Positions 17,965 to 25,094 of a stretch of 27,439 nt of DNA are shown piece by piece. The DNA is taken from positions 1 to 27,439 of the forward strand of contig JBCNVM010000013.1 in NCBI GenBank assembly GCA_039630085.1, in the 5' to 3' direction. Each line of letters opens with the position of its first letter. The first letter of the stretch is position 1. A model generated the notes under the pieces. It had not been told where the DNA came from. It ran no database searches and saw nothing but the letters and a program-made list of their open reading frames with translations. The stretch comes from Candidatus Caldarchaeales archaeon (GTDB lineage: Archaea > Thermoproteota > Nitrososphaeria_A > Caldarchaeales > Calditenuaceae). A program made the translations under genes and the position numbers.

Positions 17965-18276
17965 TCAGAGGGCCTCCTCCCGAACCTCTCCGCCACCCTT
18001 CCGAGCGCGAGCATCTCCTGCCTCCCGAAAGCTCGCGGCCGCCTCCCTCATCAGCGACGCGTAGAGCGCCATCACCTTGGCCAGGACTACGTCCTCGTCG
18101 CCCTCGGGGTAGGGCTCGACGCATATCTCGAGGACCTTCCTCTCCGCGAGCTCGATCCTGTCGTCGCTGGGCGGGGCATCGGTCAGCGCCCTCGCGAGCG
18201 TCTGGAGGTGAGGCCAGGCCTTCGCCCTCAGCCTAACAGCGTAGGACCTGCCGTTGGCCTCGACACTGAAGGGCAA
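17965..18276 (-). CDS. Tail assembly chaperone (G form); +1 frameshift product (GT form) would extend to 17865
   Basis: Lies directly after the tail tube gene. AGC-TTT-CGG at 18025-18033; the +1 frame reads FGRQEMLALGRVAERFGRRPSEMLRG...RELRR*. Confidence 0.75.
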   Translation of the reverse strand: MPFSVEANGRSYAVRLRAKAWPHLQTLARALTDAPPSDDRIELAERKVLEICVEPYPEGDEDVVLAKVMALYASLMREAAASFREAGDARARKGGGEVREEAL

Positions 18277-18280
18277 GGCG

Positions 18281-19204
18281 TCACCCCGGCAGCTGCTCCT
18301 CGGTCTGGACCCTGAACCTCACGGGAGGCTCGCCCTGAGGGGTCGCGAGCGCCCTGAACTCGACCTCCTGGACCGACCTCTCGGAGGGCACCACCTCGCA
18401 GCTCCAAGAGGAGTAGCAGACCCTCGGGAGCTCCACGACCACCTCCCTGTCGATGCCCTGCGCGACCGAGCCGCTCCTCATCCTGACCGAGATCGATGTC
18501 TCCTGGCCTGAGAGGAACCTGTCGAGGTGCGCCCTGCTCCCGAACCTCCCTGAGAACGTGCCCGTCACGCTGAGCCCTCCGAGCTCGTGCCTCCTGAGCG
18601 TCCTCGACCCGATGACGTAGTGGTCCGAGGAGAGGTCGTTCTCGAGCCTCAGCGTCAGCTCCTCCAGCTCGACCTGCTCTCCACCTATCAGGCAGACGAC
18701 GTCCTCGGGCCTCACCGGGTGGACCCTCGAGAAGCTCGGGGACCTGGGGCTTCCGGGCAGCTCGTTCAGCCCGAGGAACTCCAGCGACGCGGTCGCCGGC
18801 TCGTCGGGCCTCAGGCTAAGCTCCATCGAGTTCCCGAAGGCCCCCGCGACTACCCTCGTGACCCCTTCGTCCCTGAGCTCGACCGTGAAGGTAGGGAAGC
18901 TCTCCCACCTCTCGACTGGAACGAAGGAGTGGACGAAGTAGCCGTCGGAGCCCGTCGAGTCGACCCTCCCGAGCGTCATCGCCAGCGCCAGCATCGAGAA
19001 CGCGTCCGGGCCGAAGAGCCCCTCGACCTCGCCCTCGACCCTCAGGCCGCCCAAGTGCCTCAGCCTCGGGAACCTGCTCGCGACGGTCTCGATAGCCCTC
19101 TCCTCAAACACCGGCCTCACGTCGAACCTCCTCGGGTCGATGAAGACCTGCGGCGCGACGGGGTTCCCCTGCGTCGACTCCCTCCCGATCCCTACGTACC
19201 TCAT
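18281..19204 (-). CDS. Tail tube (major tail) protein, siphovirus type
   Basis: YVGIGRESTQGNPV, PTFTVE, GAFGNSMELS, LTLRLENDL, VTGTFS and ELPRVCYS pattern of non-contractile tail tube proteins; position upstream of chaperone and tape measure. Confidence 0.85.
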   Translation of the reverse strand: MRYVGIGRESTQGNPVAPQVFIDPRRFDVRPVFEERAIETVASRFPRLRHLGGLRVEGEVEGLFGPDAFSMLALAMTLGRVDSTGSDGYFVHSFVPVERWESFPTFTVELRDEGVTRVVAGAFGNSMELSLRPDEPATASLEFLGLNELPGSPRSPSFSRVHPVRPEDVVCLIGGEQVELEELTLRLENDLSSDHYVIGSRTLRRHELGGLSVTGTFSGRFGSRAHLDRFLSGQETSISVRMRSGSVAQGIDREVVVELPRVCYSSWSCEVVPSERSVQEVEFRALATPQGEPPVRFRVQTEEQLPG

Positions 19205-19264
19205 CGGCCCTGACCGCCCGACGGAAGGAATTTCTGGACTGTGCCACAGTCACCGTGACGCACT

Positions 19265-19459
19265 TCACCTGTAAAACGGCGCGCGTGCGGCCCTCCTCTC
19301 CGACTCCTCCATCGCCGCGAGGCCCAATTTGATCAGCTTCGCGATGTACCTGCTCCTCGGGACGTCGCCCCTCATCTCCTCGATCCTCATCAGCAGCTCC
19401 TCGTCGATGTAGATCGTCACGTGGTAGCCGGGCACGCTCTCCCGCCTCACCGACACCAC
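19265..19459 (-). CDS. Ribbon-helix-helix (CopG-like) DNA-binding protein
   Basis: HVTIYIDEELLMRIEEMRGDVPRSRYIAKLIKLGL fits the beta-alpha-alpha RHH pattern. Confidence 0.8.
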   Translation of the reverse strand: MVSVRRESVPGYHVTIYIDEELLMRIEEMRGDVPRSRYIAKLIKLGLAAMEESERRAARAPFYR

Positions 19460-19602
19460 ATATCGGTACGAGCGCGAGCGACGTGGTGCGTTCGCCCGGT
19501 ATTATGCACGTCACGCAGGTGTAGTCGTTATCGTAACCCCAGCAGTGTTAGATCTACTAGTTTTGGCAGAAGAGTGAATTCCTCTCGCTAAGAGCTGCGG
19601 GC

Positions 19603-20847
19603 GTGCTGGCGCGGGTGATGAAGGCGCTAGCGAGGGCCGCGGCGAGTCGTGACGGGTCGGCGGCGATCTCTCCTCAGGCGTGCGTGATCGGGTCCGTCGA
19701 TTACCACCTCAGGGAGCACTCGGACCCGGACTTCGGTCTACTCGTCGAATGGTACAGGAGGGACAGCTACGTCAAGTTCGCGGTTGACTCGATAGTCGCC
19801 AGGATAGGCGCGAGGTACTACCTTGTCGGCGAGGACGGGGAGCTCCTCAGGGTCGTCGACTCGTTCCTGAGGAGGAACAGGTTCCTCGAGGTCCACATGA
19901 AGGTCGCGAGGGACGTCGTCCTCAGCGGCAACGCCTTCCTCAACTTGGTCCCCAGGGGAAGGGTCAACACGATCCATTACGTCCCGCTCTCGAGCGTCAG
20001 GTCCGTTGTCCGGGGGCCCGACGGCAGGCCCCTGAAGTACGTCCTGAGCTGGCACGGGAGGACGGTAGAGCTGGACGCGGAGGAGGTCTGGCACTTCAGG
20101 TTCAACCCTGTCGACGAGGGCGCCTTCGGGGAGGGCCTCGTCAACCACCTCGCGAGGCCGGGCGTCGGCTACCCGGTGAGGGGGAGGACCGTGAGGAGGC
20201 CGCCGCTCCTGGAGGTCAAGGAGAGGATCGACAACGCCGCGAGGGTCCTCGTCGAGAAGTACCCGCAGAGGAGCGTCTTCGTCGTCCCGAGGGCGGCGAG
20301 GGACTCCTTCAAGGAGGCCTACGAACAGGCGATGGTCGGACAGGACCTCGTCGTGGACTTCGACGTCAAGCAGCTGGAGGTGAAGGTCGACTCGAGGACC
20401 AGGTTCTACGAGCTGATCGAGCACCTCGACAGGCAGGTCGTCACCGGCCTCAGGAACCCGCTGATCAGGCTGATCACCTACACGGGGTTCACCTACGCCA
20501 GCGCCCAGGCCGCGATCGAGACGCTCGAGCCCGAGGTCGCCCTCCTTAGGGACTTCCTCAGCTCCCAGTACGAGGAGATGATCTCGGTGGTCCTCAGGCA
20601 GCACGGGATCGACCCGGGGCCCTCGGGCGTGAGGCTGGTCTTCGGCGAGCCGCAGGCACCTTCGTGGGACGTGAAGGACGTCATAGCGGCCGCGAGGGGC
20701 GACGACCGGAACCCTCCCATCATCTCGATCGAGGAGGCGAGGGAGATGCTCAGGCTCGCGGGCTGGAGGCTCCAAGGAGGCCAGGCCAGGTCCTCCCCGA
20801 GGACCTACTGCCTCTCCGGGGGCGTCCTGAGGGAGCGGGGGTGGTGA
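19603..20847 (+). CDS. Portal protein (HK97-like)
   Basis: YVKFAVDSIVARI, ARDVVLSGNAFL, LDAEEVWHFRFNP..GAFGEG and ISIEEAREML motifs; first gene of the head operon. Confidence 0.88.
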   Translation: MLARVMKALARAAASRDGSAAISPQACVIGSVDYHLREHSDPDFGLLVEWYRRDSYVKFAVDSIVARIGARYYLVGEDGELLRVVDSFLRRNRFLEVHMKVARDVVLSGNAFLNLVPRGRVNTIHYVPLSSVRSVVRGPDGRPLKYVLSWHGRTVELDAEEVWHFRFNPVDEGAFGEGLVNHLARPGVGYPVRGRTVRRPPLLEVKERIDNAARVLVEKYPQRSVFVVPRAARDSFKEAYEQAMVGQDLVVDFDVKQLEVKVDSRTRFYELIEHLDRQVVTGLRNPLIRLITYTGFTYASAQAAIETLEPEVALLRDFLSSQYEEMISVVLRQHGIDPGPSGVRLVFGEPQAPSWDVKDVIAAARGDDRNPPIISIEEAREMLRLAGWRLQGGQARSSPRTYCLSGGVLRERGW

Positions 20848-20848
20848 C

Positions 20849-21889
20849 GTGAGCTCCAAGGGCGTGAGCGAGCTGAGGGCCGAGCTGCTGAGGCTGGTCG
20901 CCACGAGGGGCCACGAGAGCCCCGAGGCGAGGTCGAAGGCGAGGGAGCTGGCGGAGCTGGTGACGTCCTCCGAAAGCCGGAGGCCGCAGGCCGCCTCGCA
21001 CTCCTTCAGCTGGGTCTCTCCGGGCGCGCACCACGGGAGGGTCGTCAGGGTCGTCGCGGTCAGGGCCGGGAGGAGCAGGGGAGAGCCCTCCTACTTCATC
21101 TCCGGAGAGGAGCTCGTGAGGGCCGCGAGGACGCTCGCCCTGAAGCCCGTCGACGTCGACCACCTGCTCTTCCCGACGCCGATCGCGCTCCTCTTCCCCG
21201 AGGTCGCCGACGCCTACGCCGGGAAGTGGGGGATCGACGTGACCAGGTGGGCCGGGACGGTCCTCGACGCGGAGGCCGAGGACGACCGGCTCGAGGCAGT
21301 GGTGGCCCTCGAGGAGCCCAGGGTCCACGCGCTGGCCCTCTCGGGGGCCTTCAGGGGCGCGAGCGTCGTCGAGTGGGCGAGGAGCGAGTCCTGCAGGGCG
21401 ACCGACTCCGGCACCGTCTGCGAGAGGAGGGGCGTACACTTCAGTGCCCTCTCGCTCTGCCTGGAGTTGGAGCCCGCGTTCGAGGGGACGGGCGTCGAGC
21501 CGCTTTCCTCCGAGTCACAAGGGGCCCTCGGGCCCGCGGTCTTCTCCCTCACAGGGCTCGCCGGACTTCACCCGCCCTCGGCCGCGATCGCGTCCCGGCC
21601 CGACCCGCCGGAGCCCTGCGACCACTCGGAGTTCCTGAGGGCCCTCGAGTTCGAGGTCCCGCGCCAGGTCCCCGCGTACTTCCTGAGGGAGGTCGCGAGG
21701 AGGCTCGAGAGGGAGGTCGGCTCGTGCGGTCACTCGTACGTCCTCGGCCTCCTCCCGGCGCCCGAGGGCCCGAGGGTCAGCGGCGCCCGGCTCGCGGCCG
21801 CGCTCAGGCTCCTCAGGGATCACCTCTCGAAGAGCCCGAGGTCGAACTCCTCGGGCGCGAAGGAGGTGTCGTGTCGTGCCTGCACCTGA
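20849..21889 (+). CDS. Prohead protease/scaffold-like protein
   Basis: ISGEELVRAARTLALKPVDVDH (His), GTVLDAE, GAFRGASV (Ser), FSALSL..EPAF; located between portal and capsid genes. Confidence 0.7.
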   Translation: MSSKGVSELRAELLRLVATRGHESPEARSKARELAELVTSSESRRPQAASHSFSWVSPGAHHGRVVRVVAVRAGRSRGEPSYFISGEELVRAARTLALKPVDVDHLLFPTPIALLFPEVADAYAGKWGIDVTRWAGTVLDAEAEDDRLEAVVALEEPRVHALALSGAFRGASVVEWARSESCRATDSGTVCERRGVHFSALSLCLELEPAFEGTGVEPLSSESQGALGPAVFSLTGLAGLHPPSAAIASRPDPPEPCDHSEFLRALEFEVPRQVPAYFLREVARRLEREVGSCGHSYVLGLLPAPEGPRVSGARLAAALRLLRDHLSKSPRSNSSGAKEVSCRACT

Positions 21890-22337
21890 AGGGATCGGAA
21901 GGGCAGGAACCCTGCTCTGGAGGGCAGGAGAGGTGGCGAGCTACGTCGTGAGGAACCCGTCGGGGAACGCGCTGAGGGGAGGCGAGCCGCTGGTGGTCAG
22001 CGAGGAGGACGGGTCGCTGGTCCCGTCGACGGAAGGAGGCCGGAGGGCGGTCGCGGTCTTCGCAGAGGGCCAGGAGCTCAGGCCGGGCGAGAGGGGGACG
22101 AGGGCGGTCGTCTTCGTTGGGAACGTGGTCAGGGCCAGGGCCGCCTCGCAGATAAGGAGGGGCGGACTTGTCGCGGCCGGGGCCGGAGGGTTCGTACAGG
22201 TGGGAGAGCCCTCGCACCCCCAGGCTTACTCGGCCTCGAGCTCCGACGCGGTCGAGAGGGAGACGAGGAGCGTCTCAGGGATATCGCTCGACGAAGCTCA
22301 GTCTCCGGGCGAGGAGATCAGGGTGGTGCTGGTTTGA
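21876..22337 (+). CDS. Capsid cement/head decoration-like protein
   Basis: Small Gly-rich beta protein (LRGGEPLVV, GNVVRARAASQIRRGGLV, GISLDEAQSPGEEIRVVL) directly before the capsid gene; SD GGAGGTG at 21862-21868. Confidence 0.65.
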   Translation: MPAPEGIGRAGTLLWRAGEVASYVVRNPSGNALRGGEPLVVSEEDGSLVPSTEGGRRAVAVFAEGQELRPGERGTRAVVFVGNVVRARAASQIRRGGLVAAGAGGFVQVGEPSHPQAYSASSSDAVERETRSVSGISLDEAQSPGEEIRVVLV

Positions 22338-23323
22338 TCGAGGAGCTCAAGTCCAAACTCGAGGAGCTAGCGGCGGTCTACCCGGCGCTGCTGAGCAGGA
22401 GGTGCTACTCGATGCTCGACGTGGACTCCCAGGTCCTCAGTCACATCCCGAAGAGGGCCGCGGGCAACAAGTTCGTCCAGTACTGGGCCAAGCACGCGCT
22501 GACGGGGAGCGACGCGGGAGCGGTCGCGGAGGTCGTGAGGCAGGTGGTCGACGCGGCTTACCCGAAGCAGGTCTGGAGGGCGATGGGGACTTGGTACGAG
22601 GTCAGGGAGGCCAAGGTGAAGGTCCCGGTCGTCCCGAAAGTCCAGGCGCTCTTCGACGCGAAGGGAGCGGTCACGCCCGACGTCTCGACTCCGCCGAGGT
22701 ACCTCGAGATCGACACGGACCTTGACGCCGACGGACGCAGGATCAGGGCCAGGATCCTCTGGGACGTGAGCTTCCTCAACTCCGCCAACTGGCAGGTCGT
22801 TGAGGCCTACACGAGGAGCGTCGGGGAGGCCATCATGGTCAAGGCCACCGAGCACGTCTACGGCCTCTACGAGGGCCTCAGGTCCTCAGAGGTCGCCGAG
22901 GACGCGACGGTCGCGGGTCCCCTGAAGCTCGACCACCTGCTGGACCTCCGCGCGGCGATCGACGGCTCGGACCTCACGCCCTCCTACGGCAGCTACAGGT
23001 GCTTCCTCCACCCGGCGAGGTACAACGACCTCCTGAAGGACCAGAAGTTCGTCGACAGCCTGATGTTCGGCGAGTCCCTCGACAAGACCACCGGGATGCA
23101 GTCTAGGTCGACGGTCGGGATCGACTTCCACGTAACTTCGGTCGTCCCGAGGGACAAGGTCCTCCTGGTGAACCCGGAGAGGTCGCTGGTCGGCGTCGTC
23201 TACCAGAGCCTGATCGTCGAGCCGGTCGAGGTCAGCACCACGCTGACGGGGATAGACGCCTACATGCACGTCGCGGCGAAGGTCGCGGAGCCGAGGGCGG
23301 TCGCGAGACTGAGGCTGGCATGA
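22334..23323 (+). CDS. Major capsid protein, HK97 fold
   Basis: EVVRQVVDAAYP, LDHLLDLRAAI, FLHPARYNDLLKD, GIDFHVTSVVP..VLLVN, AAKVAEPRAVARL C-terminus. Confidence 0.85.
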   Translation: MIEELKSKLEELAAVYPALLSRRCYSMLDVDSQVLSHIPKRAAGNKFVQYWAKHALTGSDAGAVAEVVRQVVDAAYPKQVWRAMGTWYEVREAKVKVPVVPKVQALFDAKGAVTPDVSTPPRYLEIDTDLDADGRRIRARILWDVSFLNSANWQVVEAYTRSVGEAIMVKATEHVYGLYEGLRSSEVAEDATVAGPLKLDHLLDLRAAIDGSDLTPSYGSYRCFLHPARYNDLLKDQKFVDSLMFGESLDKTTGMQSRSTVGIDFHVTSVVPRDKVLLVNPERSLVGVVYQSLIVEPVEVSTTLTGIDAYMHVAAKVAEPRAVARLRLA

Positions 23324-23373
23324 CCGACAGGGACGAGCACTGGGAGGTCATTTACGTCAGGAGGGACACCCAC
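23297..23373 (+). repeat. Direct repeat copy 1 (capsid 3' end plus RHH 5' end)
   Basis: 76/77 identical to 27363-27439. Confidence 0.95.
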
Positions 23374-23496
23374 GGGATGCTGAAGCGCCAGGCGATCGAG
23401 AGGGGCCTCACGATGCGGGAGTTGGCCGACAGGGTCCTCTACGCGGTCCTCTCGGACAGGGAGGCCCTCGAGAGGGTCCTGAGGCGCTTCGCCTAA
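23320..23496 (+). CDS. Small RHH-like DNA-binding protein (58 aa, not in the ORF track)
   Basis: ATGA overlap with the capsid stop. MTDRDEHWEVIYVRRDTHGMLKRQAIERGLTMRELADRVLYAVL...; followed by a GTTTTTT tract. Confidence 0.75.
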   Translation: MTDRDEHWEVIYVRRDTHGMLKRQAIERGLTMRELADRVLYAVLSDREALERVLRRFA

Positions 23497-23582
23497 CCCG
23501 ACCCGATCTCCGTGTTTTTTGGGTAATATCGGTCCGCCTATCCCGTCTTTTCCGGCTTAAACGCATAAATTGTGAGCCTCGC

Positions 23583-23777
23583 GTGACCTACCGAACGGAG
23601 TTGCCACGGGACTCGCTGGTGGTGGAGACGAAGGTCAGGGAGCTGCTCCCGGAGGGGATGAGGCTGAGGGAGGACGCCCTCGAGGGGCTCAACGAGCTCG
23701 TGAAGGAGGCGGTGCAGAAGGCGGTGAAGAGGTGCCAGGCCAACAACAGGAAGACGATCATCAAGGAGGACTTCTGA
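23583..23777 (+). CDS. Small histone-fold protein
   Basis: LVVETKVRELL..MRLREDALEGLNELVKEAVQKAVKRCQANNRKTIIKEDF retains the RKT-x-x-x-x-D histone signature; TTAAA at 23557-23561. Confidence 0.85.
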   Translation: MTYRTELPRDSLVVETKVRELLPEGMRLREDALEGLNELVKEAVQKAVKRCQANNRKTIIKEDF

Positions 23778-23960
23778 GCGGCTCCGTTGACCCAACACCA
23801 GGTCGTTCCTTTGTTGTGGTCCTAAGAGGGGCATCGTGAAGAGCTGGGGTTTCTTACTCGTCCCCGCTCCCTCTTCGTTGCGTGGGGCCGGAGGCCTCCC
23901 GGTGGGTCTGTCGCAGGGAGTAGGGTGGGTGTTGCGGCTTGTCGGCCTCTTTGAGGGAGG

Positions 23961-25094
23961 CTAAGCCTCCGGCAGGTCTTCTAGGAATCGCTTGTTCAGG
24001 GCGTAGTAGACCGTCACCATGAACCCGAAGAGGAAGACGACGAGGACCGCGAGTATGGCGAAGACGAGGGGCCAGGGAATCTGGATGTAGATGTTGGTGA
24101 AGGCGGCCGGAGGTAGGCCCGTCTCTCCTAGCAGGACGAGGTACGGAGACCTCCCGCCGTCGTTCATGTATTCGCCGAGGAGGGCGGTGAGGACCGCGAG
24201 GGGGCCGAGCGCTAGCGCGTATCTCGGCGCCTCCCCAGCCCCGCGCCTGACAGTACGCCAGACCCGGTATGAGAGGGCGGCTAGGGCTGCTATGACGAGA
24301 AGCTTAGCGATGAACATGGGCAGCAGATTGACCGTGGATTTAGCTGTGCCCAAAACGTTGTCGTAGAGTACGGGCGCCTTTCCTCCGAGAGTCAGGAGAT
24401 ACCAGAGCCCGACGAGCGGCTGGACTGCGAGGAAAAGGACTCCATGCCACAGACCTATCCAGAGGAACTTCGGCGACGTGTTGCCCTTGATCGCGAAGAA
24501 GGACGCTGTGACGAAGCCCCCAACGGACATGGCTCCCATCCACGTGTGGAGTATCAGGGGCGGGTAGAGCGGGTTGTAGAAGACAGCGAGCCTCGCGATG
24601 TCCGGCGAGCCCCCAAGGGCCGTTCCCACACCGTGCGGGTAGGTTATCTCCGAGAAAACGTATCTGAAGCCCATCGGGACGGCGAATCCCGATAGGGCCA
24701 TGACGAATCCGAGGGCCGAATGTACGCTCGGCTGAAGCTTCCCCCAAGTATACCAGAAGAGGGCTATGCTCGGAATCCTGACTATTATGGCGGCCAGTGC
24801 TATGAGTAGGGGATAAAAAATCACGTCCGTGGCGATTGCTAACAACGTGGGGAAGAAGCCTGCCAATATGACCGTTATGATCGTCCCCCAGACACCGCTG
24901 AAGAGTTCGTGGACGACGAGTATTTTGAAGACCCGGCGCGACATTATCTCGAGCGAGGGATCCTCTCTACGCCAGGCCAGGAACCGCGCCATGGCAGATA
25001 TCCAGCCGGTCCCTATCGTGATGTTGACGAACGCTACGTGGACGAGGACGGCGATGCCGAGGATGTAAAATCCCAGGAATTCCGTCGCGTTCAT
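23961..25094 (-). CDS. Cytochrome bd oxidase second subunit, CydA-paralog type (CydA')
   Basis: Looks like a shortened CydA rather than CydB: HVAFVNITIG, SGVWGTI, LILHTW, GEYMNDGGRSPYLV (compare GWFVREVGRKPW). Confidence 0.8.
   Translation of the reverse strand: MNATEFLGFYILGIAVLVHVAFVNITIGTGWISAMARFLAWRREDPSLEIMSRRVFKILVVHELFSGVWGTIITVILAGFFPTLLAIATDVIFYPLLIALAAIIVRIPSIALFWYTWGKLQPSVHSALGFVMALSGFAVPMGFRYVFSEITYPHGVGTALGGSPDIARLAVFYNPLYPPLILHTWMGAMSVGGFVTASFFAIKGNTSPKFLWIGLWHGVLFLAVQPLVGLWYLLTLGGKAPVLYDNVLGTAKSTVNLLPMFIAKLLVIAALAALSYRVWRTVRRGAGEAPRYALALGPLAVLTALLGEYMNDGGRSPYLVLLGETGLPPAAFTNIYIQIPWPLVFAILAVLVVFLFGFMVTVYYALNKRFLEDLPEA

Larger units (their letters stand above)
15888..23496. mobile_element. 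HK97-type virion morphogenesis module (provirus remnant or domesticated GTA-like element)
   Basis: Divergent tail and head operons with intact, tightly packed ORFs and two RHH genes; no integrase, terminase or att site recognised. Confidence 0.85.

Noticed and set aside
15888-19204. Contractile injection system or tailocin
   Set aside because: No sheath, baseplate or spike genes, and a full head operon is present.
8461-23269. Numerous long overlapping or antisense ORFs (e.g. 13524-14756, 16242-17561, 17089-18315, 19738-20904)
   Set aside because: Arg/Gly/Pro-rich shadow frames expected from high GC at third codon positions; each overlaps a motif-supported gene.
22334-23323. Encapsulin nanocompartment
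   Set aside because: The capsid gene comes with portal, protease and tail genes and no cargo enzyme.
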